Source: Phoronis australis
Lineage: Eukaryota > Animalia > Phoronida
NCBI GenBank assembly: GCA_002633005.1
Contig: NMRA01000091.1
Span: 682,565 to 746,564 of the forward strand
Length of the DNA: 64,000 nt
Direction: 5' to 3'
Positions 39,301 to 50,300 of this stretch are shown here, piece after piece; position 1 is the first letter of the stretch, and every line of letters starts with the position of its first letter. Made by a program: the position numbers and the translations under genes. The notes under the pieces are model-generated. The model did not search any database. It was not told the origin of the DNA and worked only from the letters and a program-made list of their open reading frames with translations.

Positions 39301-40049
39301 CCTGCGACATATGGGGTCTATCGCCGAACTAAGCAATTCGCGTTGACCGGTTAAGGGACGAAACTGGCGTCGACCAGCAGCTGAAACTGCTGCTGGACCT
39401 GGAGGGGTAGGGCGATTCGGGGGCAGTTGACTAAATTTCTGTCAACCTATAGAGTTTAACTCTGAGTAAAAGTAGCCCGAGCGTTATTTTTAGTTACTCA
39501 CTTTTCTAACAAAGAAAATTCATTTGAGAAGAGCAAAAACGATATGGTTTGGTTTTGTTTAACTCGTCGCTTGGCAAATCATGCACTTTCAAACTTTCTT
39601 ACACTTCTTTCCGTGTCTGTGCAGCGTTTCTAAACACAACACAAGATCTTGCCTGAAATTGATATGCGCAGGCGTTTTTCTTGATTTTAGTCGGTAAGCG
39701 CAGGTTTCAAAATAAGTAACACTACAGACCAGAACCAACTATGTTTTTTGCCAAATTTCCTCTCACTGCTTTAACGTGAAGTAAAGTCAATACACATGTT
39801 AATTAAACCTAACTTAACTTCGAAAGACCGTTGCCAAGACATTGTCGGTTCCAATATTCAATTTGATGTGAGGGTATCCTGCAGATGGACTGAATTTTAC
39901 TGAACCGGTTTCATTTTGGCAGGAATAGCCAGTCCTGTGTTTCTTCTAAACCTCTTTTGTCTTGGGTGTTGGGAAGTTAGTTGTGTTGAATTATTTGACC
40001 TTAATTTTGATACTGATGGCAGCTAAACAAAAGGAAATGCAGCCCTTAA

Positions 40050-40482
40050 AGAGGCCTGGAACGCTATAAACAGACTAAATTGCAATATTGAAAGTGGTTC
40101 TCTACCACTGAAACAGAATTTTTTTGATTTCTGTTGATATCAAAGCATTTCTTTTAGTTTAAAATTTCAAAACAAACGATCCGTCAACTGCTCGCCACTT
40201 TGTTGATTTTTCTCCCACAAGGCAAAGCACGTCTCCTTATTTGGCATGGAAAGACATATACAAAAACAACTGACTGTAAGCACATGCACGCATTTATCAT
40301 AAATGTGGTAAGCACAGAGTTTTTCGTTTACGCGTATTTCAAAAATAGTGAAATTTGTGATTTTTCCTGAGAATTTCCTCACAGGGAACAGTGAATTCCT
40401 CTGTACTAGACTTTGATGGATGGCACTTTCGGCAGGATTTGTTTAAAAGATATATTGACGAGCTTTCGCGTTCCATACCTCT
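40050..40482. mobile_element. Kolobok-type MITE with TTAA target-site duplication
   Basis: ttaa|AGAGGCCTGGAACGC ... GCGTTCCATACCTCT|ttaa. The interior (TCAAAGCATTT, GTCAACTGCTCGCCA, TCTCCTTATTTGGCA) is shared with 61310-61825. Confidence 0.8.
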
Positions 40483-41901
40483 TTAAGAGTAAATTACATG
40501 TATGCGTTCACATTGTACAGGAACAAATTAACCAACAAGGATAGCCATGATTACCAAAGTAATCACGAGTTCGTTGATCCCAAGGTGTAATTAAATGCAA
40601 TTACAAAAAAACGTTCTATAATAGATTAGAAACAGATTCTTCAGTAGTAATGAAGCATAAGTTAATTACATACAGTTGTAGAACGCGCAGACGACAGATC
40701 AGTGTTGAGGTAAGGGGCGTTAAAGGGACATGGTCGCTTCAAAGACTTATCAGTGCATTATTAGGTTATTGTCCATTAGGACTAAGTTATTTAAGTTATT
40801 AGCTTGGACCAAAGTTTTAAAACTTTAAAATAAGCTGTTTTGAGATTTTACTAAGAATTGCCTATCCCTGACCTTGGCTTCCAGTCAAATGCGCTTAAAA
40901 ATGCTCGGCAACGTGGCACATTTCGTTTTAGCGAAGTGTCGAACTGCGCCTATTTAAAAAATATTGTGGGTTGTAACATGGCCTCTCAGTGGTTGACGGA
41001 CACTGATTGATTGCAAAGCGACAGACAAACATTCCGATTGGCGGATGATGAGAAATGCAGCAATATACAGCTCCATTTTTTGGAAAAATTGCTTGCAGTT
41101 GCTGCAATCACAAGAATAGACTAAATCAATGCATTGCACAGTTGACGTTTGACACGCTCAAGATTACAAGGGTCAAAAAATAACAAAACAATTCATTATA
41201 CTTTCGGACTCATTTCCGTACCCATGTCTCTAAACTAAGGCAGGCACACTAATGCCCGATACTCGGATTTCTGCGGGTCGTGCGTCATCAATTCACAGGG
41301 TCTGCACCTTTTCATATAAGAGGCACAGTGACGAACATTACAGATATTGTTTCCGCTTCATTTTAGTCTTAAACAATCCGTAAAACAAATATAAATGCAA
41401 ACCTGTTTTGTCGAAGCTTAAACATGACTGGAATTTTTATAAACAAATTAAACGCAAGTTACATCTGGTGGTGTTCTAACAAAACGGGTCCCAAATATAA
41501 CGGCAGAAAATCATAGTTTTCATAAGTTTGTAAAATTGATAGAAAAACGCTACTACACGCGGAGATGTCATTTACGAAGTTTGTTTACTTTCTATTCTGT
41601 GAATGTTATCCGAAGCGCATGCCAACATGTGAGTATGTGGGTATATTACCTTGAGATTGCCGTGAAAATTGAGCGGATTTTAATGATGATGGAGAGGGAC
41701 AAATAAAGTAATTACTACACAAGTAGAACCACGAGGCGGACTTCTATCTATAATAAAGCCCATTTACTACAGCACTGGAGCGAGTAATGATTGCAAGTAA
41801 ATAACGAATGGTTAGGGTTAGCTTTTGTTTAACTTTGAAAGTCCGCTGGGGAAGTAAAGGACAATTATACATGACTGCAAACTGCGTAAAATGGGAGCCA
41901 G

Positions 41902-42146
41902 GACCTGTTCCACGAAACTGACTTAAGTTCATTTTTGACTTATCTTTAGGATTTGTCTTAAATTCCAAACTTTGAAACTTCCACATTCGGTAAGTTAGTC
42001 AAAATTAAGACAAAACTTGTCACACACTTAAGTCTAACTTAAGATATCTTTCATGAATTGGTTTTGAGACAAATTGATCTTGTATTTTAAAATTTACTAA
42101 AATATAAGATTTGTCTTAGCTAAGTCAGTTTTGTTGGAACGGGCCC
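41902..42146. mobile_element. PIF/Harbinger-type MITE
   Basis: cag|GACCTGTTCCACGAAACTGACTTA ... TAAGTCAGTTTTGTTGGAACGGGCCC|ctg, with CWG flanks. Confidence 0.75.
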
Positions 42147-43429
42147 CTGGTCAGCTACAAGCTGACGTCACATCGCTTATCGAGGAATCATAAGAACGCC
42201 AAAGCCGTGGGATTCTGAGTGCGAACGTAGCACTAGCAGCACGCCGAGTGTTTTCCATGGATTTCCCCAAGCATTTCACCCCCTCTCCCCGACACATCGT
42301 CATGCCTCTACATTCAAGTTTTCTGGCAAAACCACACCCTCCTCTTTGCACCCAAAGGGCTTTTGATGTTACAAAAGTAAACTTATTTAGCAGCACATCT
42401 CGTGAAGTCTTACCAAATGAATAGGAATCCAAGAGACACGTGCAAAGTTTACAGAGGTAATAATTATCAAATCAGAAGAGCAAATAGTCGTTTAACAGGA
42501 AATGGGTATTTTTCAGAACAAATATATGATAAGCATGCCTGGCCCTTACACTCGTCAATACGATAGATAGCATTTCAGGCCCGTGTTTTAGAGCGCAATC
42601 GTTTTATCCAATTATGAGAGACCTAATCGGTTATAGATAACGAGATCTCTGAAAAGATTGTACGCTAGTTGTTTACGCTCATGTTCGGCGAGTGTAAAAC
42701 GACGAGGGTAAATGACAAGCGCGAAACAACGAGTATGACATGACCAGAGTAAAACGAGATGACGAGCGTTAAGCAACGTGTGAGTAAACAAGCTGGGTGG
42801 CTAATATCGTAAAACATAAATAAAGTGTTTCAACAAAAGCCCTTGCTACCACTCTGTCTCGGGACACCTGACCAAATGCATAACTTGCAGAAAGCACACT
42901 CAGTGGAGTTTCTCAATTCCCATGCATAAATAGTCAAAGGAGCCACGGCATTTTGCCTTCCGGAAAAACATCTAGACGCCAAAAAATGACCAAAATGCGA
43001 AATTGGCATTTTTCTTTCCAAAATCACCACTACAAACCACGACAGCACCGAAAACGGTGAGCTTCTATGAGTATTTCAGTACAATAAAATGGCCATTAGA
43101 TGGCACAGAATGTGTCAAACCCTTCTAAATCAAGAAGGTGGTACCGTCACTGTAATACACGACAATATGCCTAATTTCATGAAAATAAGTCAAGAAATTC
43201 CTAAGATATAGAGACAAATGTAAAAAGCAATTGACACTAGGGGGCACATCTATCGTCATATTGGTCTGAAACTCATCGTCATCTATTGCCACCTCTATAT
43301 GACTCCATCTGCCAAATTTCGCAAGGATGCTTCAAAGGTTTAAGCAGATACAGCCGTATACGCAAAAAAGCAAAATTGCCCCTAGAAAACTCCGAAGTAA
43401 AAAAAGCAATTAGCATTTTGCCACTATAT

Positions 43430-43659
43430 ATATAATTGCAGGCGGTCTGATACACGTTGTATCAGACGTGCGCAGGCCTCGCATGTGGGCCCATTGCACT
43501 GATCACCTGGAAATATTTTTCTGCTTTATTGATATATGGTTAAAACCGAGCTGAGGAGCTAGAAACCTGGCTCAAGGGTTTAGCAGTGTGACCTGGCGGG
43601 ACTTGAACCCACAACCTCGAGTAAAGAAAGCGGGCACTTATCAACCAGGCCATACCGCC
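43430..43659 (-). mobile_element. tRNA-derived SINE
   Basis: Minus-strand head GGCGGTATGGCCTGGTTGATAAG..GTGGGTTCAAGTCCCGCC carries Pol III A and B boxes. There is no complete cloverleaf, and a non-tRNA body follows. Confidence 0.7.
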
Positions 43660-44165
43660 TCCTCATTTTGCCACTAGGGGGCACAGTGGAATTTGAATCA
43701 GTTCGACACTTGTTACCGTTTGTCGTAGACTCCCAAGGAACACAAAGTTTCTTCAAAGAATTAAGGAGATTCGGCCGCAGACGCAAAAAAAAACAAATTC
43801 GCCACTAAGGGGCGACACAGTAGTCGGACCCGTCTGAAAGTCAACCTCAGTCGAGGCCTTCTTATCAGGAACACATCTGGGAATTTTCATAGTGTTCCTT
43901 TAAGCAGTATGTCAGATAGAGAGGCGGACGCTAGAAAACGGATGCACAAATAACAAAAAGGCCACCACGTGGCTCCGAAAACATCAAATCTGTCCAAAAA
44001 TATGAAGACGCGTTGTCGACTCCTTGATAGAAACCCATTTGCCGAATTTCATAGAAATACATTCGATTTGATGAAGTCCGAAGATACAAAGCCAAACGCA
44101 AAAAAAGAAATTGCCACCAAAGGGCACAGAGGTGTTTGGAACAATTCGACACTTGTTACCGTTTG

Positions 44166-44645
44166 CAGCCTCGTCCCGGAGCCTCAAGATGGCGCTGATT
44201 GGTTTAGCCATTTGTGGCTTGTTTATGAGTTTATGAGAAATAGCTTCTGCGCAATGATTGGCCGCTGCCTTGACTTCATTAAAACAAAGACAGACTTTAA
44301 TTATTTTCACAGGCTTGTTGCTGACATTCATGAAGCAGAAGGCATTGTTTTGGTTATTGTTTGAAAAAATGGACGTTGGCGTACTTATTTTTAATTCATT
44401 GTTAATAATAGGATCATAGAGTCAGTTTTCGAATAAAAAACATCATTTTTGCAATAATTTAGACCTAAATTGCTACAATATACCATTAGATCTCATTTTT
44501 ATCGTATTATGAAGAAAATTTCAAAGTTGATATAACTTTATGTTACTCGTGACATTCCGGCGATTTCCGTAAAATGTGTTAGAATTCTGACAAAGCCTCA
44601 AGTTTAAACCGATCTGCGCCATCTTGAGGCTAGGGGACGAGGCTG
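44166..44645. mobile_element. 480-bp MITE with about 40-bp TIRs, nested in the HINE-like array
   Basis: CAGCCTCGTCCCGGAGCCTCAAGATGGCGCTGATTGGTTTA versus reverse complement of the right end, CAGCCTCGTCCCCTAGCCTCAAGATGGCGCAGATCGGTTTA. The host repeat unit resumes after it. Confidence 0.88.
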
Positions 44646-46489
44646 TACTGTTTGCTCCATAGGAATACATGTATCACATTTTACAAAGCTCCTTCGGCCA
44701 CAGACGCAAAAAAACAAAATCGCCACTAGGGGGCGAGGCAGTAGTCGGGCCAGTATGATATTCTTTCTCATTGGGAGCACACCTGTAAATGATCCTTTGA
44801 GCGGTATGGCGGATAGAGAGGCGGATGCCAGAAGACGGACGTAAAAATAACAACTTGGTGTGTACACTCCGTCAAATCCCTCCGAATATGGAATGCCATC
44901 ATCGCCTTATCAAAAACCTGTTTGCCCAACTTCATGGAAATTCATCAAGGAACTCCGACGATACAGAGGAAAACTTTAAAAAAAAATTGCCACTAGGGGG
45001 CACAGCGGTATTCGGATTGGTCCGAATCTAATCGTCATCCGTCGTGAGAATCATAAGAACACATGTGTCAAATCTCATTACGATCCTGCAAGAGGTTTAA
45101 GAGATACAGCAGCGGACGCCGGACGACGGACGCCCAGAGATGACGGCAATATCGTGCACCCACATGTAAATATGTGGACGCATAAAAAGGGCCTTTTCAG
45201 TACTTTTGGGTAAGAGTGTTCCGAACGGCGTTTAAAAAACCGAATGACGAATTTCATTGAAACTTGACACAGTGGCATACGTAGGCAATGGACCTACACC
45301 TAATAGCTACTGCAGCAGCCCCTAATGACTATTTTGTACGGTTATCCTGTCTCCTCGATATCTCAAAAACGTATTCGTTTTTAGATAAACTTTGTCACAA
45401 GAGCAGCATTAGTTCGGTACATGCCACTTTTCAATTTGCCTCACCCACGAAGATAGGTTGTCCAACTGTCTATTCAATATTTAAAACAAGAGCAACGCGG
45501 AGCCTTTATTTATTGCACTCGCCGTGCACATCATCCCATATACCGCAGACACAAGAGATGGTCATTATTTTAGGCATTCTCACAAAAGGGAGCAATGTTA
45601 GTAAATTTAAAATAGTCTTTGTAGGGTGCAAAGCAAGTCAGCAATGGAGTTCCTAACAGGAGCCACTCTCCATCATGATTCTTCAAACAGTTTGGAGAGT
45701 AGAAGGCGGACAACAAAGAACAAAAACAATTGAAAGGAAACTAAGGGGCGCAACGTGAGACAAATCCGTCAACATCGCCTCGCACGAGTTGGAATTCCAA
45801 AGTCGCGACAGTCCAACGCTCAGTCTTTCCAAATGCTCATTTCAGAAAGGATACTCCATCGGTGTAGTCCTACTTATTTCTTCGCTTGTTATTCTCACAT
45901 ACGGTACGCTAAGGAGAGACCAAAAAGCTCTGGTCTTTTTTGATAATCGGGTCGGTAGTGCAATATTTTTAGTTGCTCACCATCAGAGACTAGCAAAAAT
46001 ACAGTGGAAATCGTATTTTTTAATCATGGATTAATAAATCATGCGTTTCAAACCTTGCTCACATGCCTTAGGGCCTGTGTTGAAAGTGACGCGGGAAGGC
46101 ATTTTAGTCAGTTGCCGCAATCTCAAAATAATTTGGAGTAAAGACCAGAGCCAATGGGGCAACTTCATGATTTGCCCGGCCGGCAAAATAGTGGTGACCC
46201 CTAAGATGTGAAAACAAGTTTTGCTCGTGCTAGAGCAAATCAAAAACATTTCCGAAATGAAAGTACACATACATATAAACTTTAGTTCCATCGCCCTCCC
46301 TCTTGTATTCAACACTTCTAAACATAGAATGAGTCACATACATCGGAGGGCATTACCAAGGTAATCATTTCGTAGATACGTTTTGCGATGTTTTACTTAC
46401 CTCCGTGTCGTTCAACTATCTTGATCACTTCACTGATGCTTTAAAAGACAAATAACGGCAAAAAGTCATAAAACAAACTGTGTACTTAC

Positions 46490-47362
46490 AATTGGATTGT
46501 ATAATCCAGGTATTTCATCTTTGTTTTCGATGGTTGCCGCGTAGAGGGAATAAACAATATACGGCGTCCAACAACAAAAGAACAACGCAACGACGATGAA
46601 CAAGGTAACAATGATGCGCTTCTGTTGGCGCATAATCGTGGCTACTTCCTGGTTAGAATGTTCCATTAATCTGGACGAGTAACCGATGATTTCTCTTACC
46701 ATGCTGATGTAACAAAATGTCATGATAGCGAGTGGAATGATATAGCAAACGACTGTCACCATCCCACTTTGTATGTAAGCTGTCAGGGTCTTAGGATATT
46801 TGGGCCCACATTGTGTCGTATTGGGTTTGTATTCAACGGACGTCAATCCAGTCACGGTGGTAGTTGAGCTGATGGCCGCCCATACCCAGGCAGCAACAAT
46901 CATGAAAAGAACACGGCGATGAGTGAGAACACGAGAGAATGGACGAGTGATAGTGATGTACTTGTGAATACTGATGTACATTAAGGTGTGGATGGACGTA
47001 ACCAAGAACAGTGGCATGGTGAACCCATTGAACACACAGAAACTTTCACCAAATATCCAGTTTCCTGCGATCATTGTTGTTAGAGAGAAAGGCATGTCTA
47101 AAACCGCCACTAGGAGATCAGCCACGGCCAAGCTGGCCAGGAATAAATTGGTTCTTGTCCTCATCCCCCGGTGGCGAATGATAATGGACAGCACCATCGC
47201 GTTGCCAACGAGAGCAACAATTAAGATCACAGCCAGACAACTTGACATTCCAATCCTAGTTGAGAGGTCCCAATACGGTTGCGCGACATTGGAATTATTT
47301 TGTTCCGATTGGGGTTCATTATCCATCAGGTCCTCAGTAACATTGTCGGTTGGCAAATCCAT
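46490..47362 (-). CDS. Class A (rhodopsin-like) GPCR of unknown ligand, coding exon 1 (N-terminus to ECL3, TM1-TM6)
   Basis: GN (TM1), LAVAD (TM2), C3.25, ISIHKY (DRY position), TM4 W, ECL2 Cys, IIPL (TM5), CWTP (TM6); N-glycosylation sequons NVT and NNS. First ATG is at 47362 with an in-frame TAA upstream (47431-47429). Exon acceptor ttttgtAG at 47538-47537; donor |GTAAGT at 46489, phase 0. Confidence 0.96.
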
Positions 47363-50300
47363 AAGTCCTCTCCCTCCCTGTTGCTTCTTCAGCTCCAATA
47401 TATAAGTAACAACACGAATTGCACGCCCTTACATTAAATGTCTGCAGATGGATTCAGTCCACTTGCCAAACCGGAGGTGTATTTTCCAGCCTCAAAAGGT
47501 CTATTGGTCCCATTAATGCTTCGTTTTGTTAGTATCCTACAAAAACAACAAAATAGTGTAGGCCGGTTGTACAAAAGGAGTGACAACACAACTGTAACAC
47601 ACTAGTTATGACCACGGCAACAAGCAAACAAAACCAAAATCACTTCAAGTGAATATTAAAACGAACAAATCAATATCATCCTCGGACCAATTGTTCTGAA
47701 AATAGTCTAATCCAAGCACCTGGAACTCCATATGGCTTTGTAACTTAAAATGCATGTTCGAAACGTTTACTGCGATAGTTTTAACTATTCATTTAAAAAT
47801 GAATGACGTCACTTGTGAATCTTCGGCGATTAAAGCTGAGTTTTACAACTTTGACGCGTTCCACGTGGTCTTTACGACAACAGCTTGGATAAGACTACAG
47901 AATAAGCAAATAACTTATCATTTCAGTGTCACATTAGTAGAGCGAAAATAAACTAATTTGAACACACGTAAAAGTGTTCGTAGGCTCCGAACAACAACCC
48001 CACTCGTCATTAACCTGAATAGGTTCACATAACCTCTATGCAACACAAAAGTAGTCCTCTAGGAATGCGTTAGAATTAGTATAATAGAACATTGCGTGAC
48101 AGTATGTCCACAGAACGCCCACCCCATTTGAAAATCGAATCGCACTTTTCATGCATCTAAGTGAATAGTTATTGCGAACACTTCACAAAATGGATAGGTT
48201 TTGTGAATAGTAAAATGTTTAAGCGCGCATGCATGTATCAGACCGGCAAATTGTTTTAATCTGGGAACATTCCTTGTCACGAATTATGAACTTGATATCG
48301 TATTATTATCTCTTGGGTTGGGCTAACTCCAAAAATTAAAACTAGTAGCGTCAAGAGTCTCTTCATCAACAAAAAAACAACAACAATCAATTCGGCACAG
48401 TTTTATCGCCACTCTTGTTCAGAAACTTAGCTATGCCCCAGGTTTAATGAAACAAAATATGGACAAAATCAATACAAATACACGTCCGTCTGCACTGATG
48501 CATCATAAATCGCCAATGACCAAAGATAACGTAAATCATTAAGTATACTTATATTTTGTTTTTGTTGACCAGTTCTTCTGATTGAGAGCACAGTCGCATG
48601 TAGCTCAACTTAGAGGCCTCGTCAAATTCCTGAGCTTTTTCTTCCACAATTCAAATCCTCGTGAAGGCAGTTGGCGTTGTTTTCAATGAGAAAATAATGA
48701 GATTTTCAAAACTAGAAAGTTAAAAAACTGCCTGCCAGCGGTTGTGATATTTTTGATTGGCGTCGTACATAAACACTGAATGATTTGATTTTCGTCAAAG
48801 AGATGCTATACGTCTGAGGTCGGTGCTGAATCAAATAACCGCGAGAATTTGCAATGCAAGGCAACATAATAATATCCAACACCAGGTGTTCTTTCGCAAG
48901 AAATGCTTCCAAAAGTTGAATTCATGCTAAGATTTTGAATCCAGCGTAAGTTTAACATCCAAGCGATCTACCGATTAATTATCAAAAAAATTTTGACATG
49001 TCATGTTCCCTCCATTGCCTGATGTTCTCGTGCAGTCACGCTTAAGTGTTAAAGAAGTAATTTGGTTGCGATAAAACTTCTTGCTCTTCAACACATCGTT
49101 CAGTCGAAAACAACTCTAAAAACGCCACACACCTGTACGCATAGCCTATAGGGCCATGATAATATTCATGACGAAGATAACTGGACTGTTTCTCTTGCTA
49201 CATGTACATAACTTCCATGCATTGCATGAATATTTTCATAATACGCGATTATTCCAGACACGGCCGTGACACGTTTCGTTCTACTGCTGCCATAAAATAT
49301 CATTCCAGGTGGAATTTTCTGGGATTATCCCTTTCCCACCTGATGCCAAATCAACACTTCAGAATCACTGGATGGGTATCACCAACTAAATCGCACACAA
49401 ACTGACGCAATCTCGGCTCACTTGAGACCTTCCGGTTTTCAAAAAAGAACACAGCAACTTGCATCACTGATGGCTTTGCGCACTTCTTTTCGCCAGACAT
49501 TCATTGGATATTCCACTGGGAAAGTTGTCAACGAGACTGGTTGTAAATTTAGGTACTGTACTTTAAAAGAGTCTATCTTCACAATTACTCATCATGAGCT
49601 ATTTAGTGCAAACACTGATTGTGAGCTAACAGGAAATGATTTGGAGGAGAGTGACATTAACGAGTGCAACTACTGAGGTTTTGTGAGCGCAATGGCAATG
49701 ACTCGAATTGGGTGAAGGCATTTGGTAGTTCTTGAGATTGAAGCAACGGCAAGCCACAAAGGCATTTCACACAAGAAGATCCACTTTACTGATGAATTAC
49801 TCAAAATCAACTAATCGGAATGTTTAAATATTACTTCATTCTGTTTACCAATGAGATTGCCCTGTTACATGATCAATCCACAGTCCTACCTCTTGTGACG
49901 CTAGAAAAGAGTGCGCGTGACGTTCATTTACATTATCAGTTATATAGCATTATCAATGTCAAATCTAACCCAACCTCTCATTGGCTCATTACAAATACTG
50001 TGCACATTTTGATCGGTTATCTTCGTTCAAAACCGAGAACAGCATGTTGTCAAGTGTGCGACTTTCCGCAGCGTCATTGTTACCACATGAGGGCGCTGCA
50101 AAATTCATACGGTCTGCTGTACAGTTGGCGCTGCGACAGGGGGTAGTTTCATTAAGGAATGATTTGAGACCAATTTCAGAATAGTACGAGGTCGAAATGA
50201 AAAGTTAGTCGTCTTGCCTTCACACATCGCTAGAGCAATTACCATAACAACGCATGGGCCGGGCTCCCTCTCAGGTCATTGTCTGCGCGTTCGCGCGAAA

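Larger units (their letters stand above)
43120..45188 (+). mobile_element. Helentron/HINE-like element with tandem core repeats carrying GCCACTAGGGGGC motifs, interrupted by a SINE and a MITE; left boundary approximate
   Basis: Repeated units (..GACGCAAAAAAA..GCCACTAGGGGGC.. and GATAGAGAGGCGGA). The right end has a GGACGCCGGACGACGGACG simple repeat, a short hairpin (CCACAT..ATGTGG) and an A-run, which is typical HINE architecture. Confidence 0.65.

Noticed and set aside
43590-43659. tRNA gene
   Set aside because: A and B boxes are present, but there is no full cloverleaf and a non-tRNA body follows, so it is a SINE head.
37382-47362. Opsin or biogenic-amine receptor assignment, or a gene symbol, for the GPCR
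   Set aside because: It lacks K7.43 and D3.32, and the subfamily cannot be assigned without a phylogeny.
47363-47398. N-terminal extension MELKKQQ from the ORF track
   Set aside because: It starts at TTG; the first in-frame ATG is at 47362.
46974-47405. 143-aa plus-strand ORF
   Set aside because: Antisense shadow of the GPCR exon with no recognisable features.
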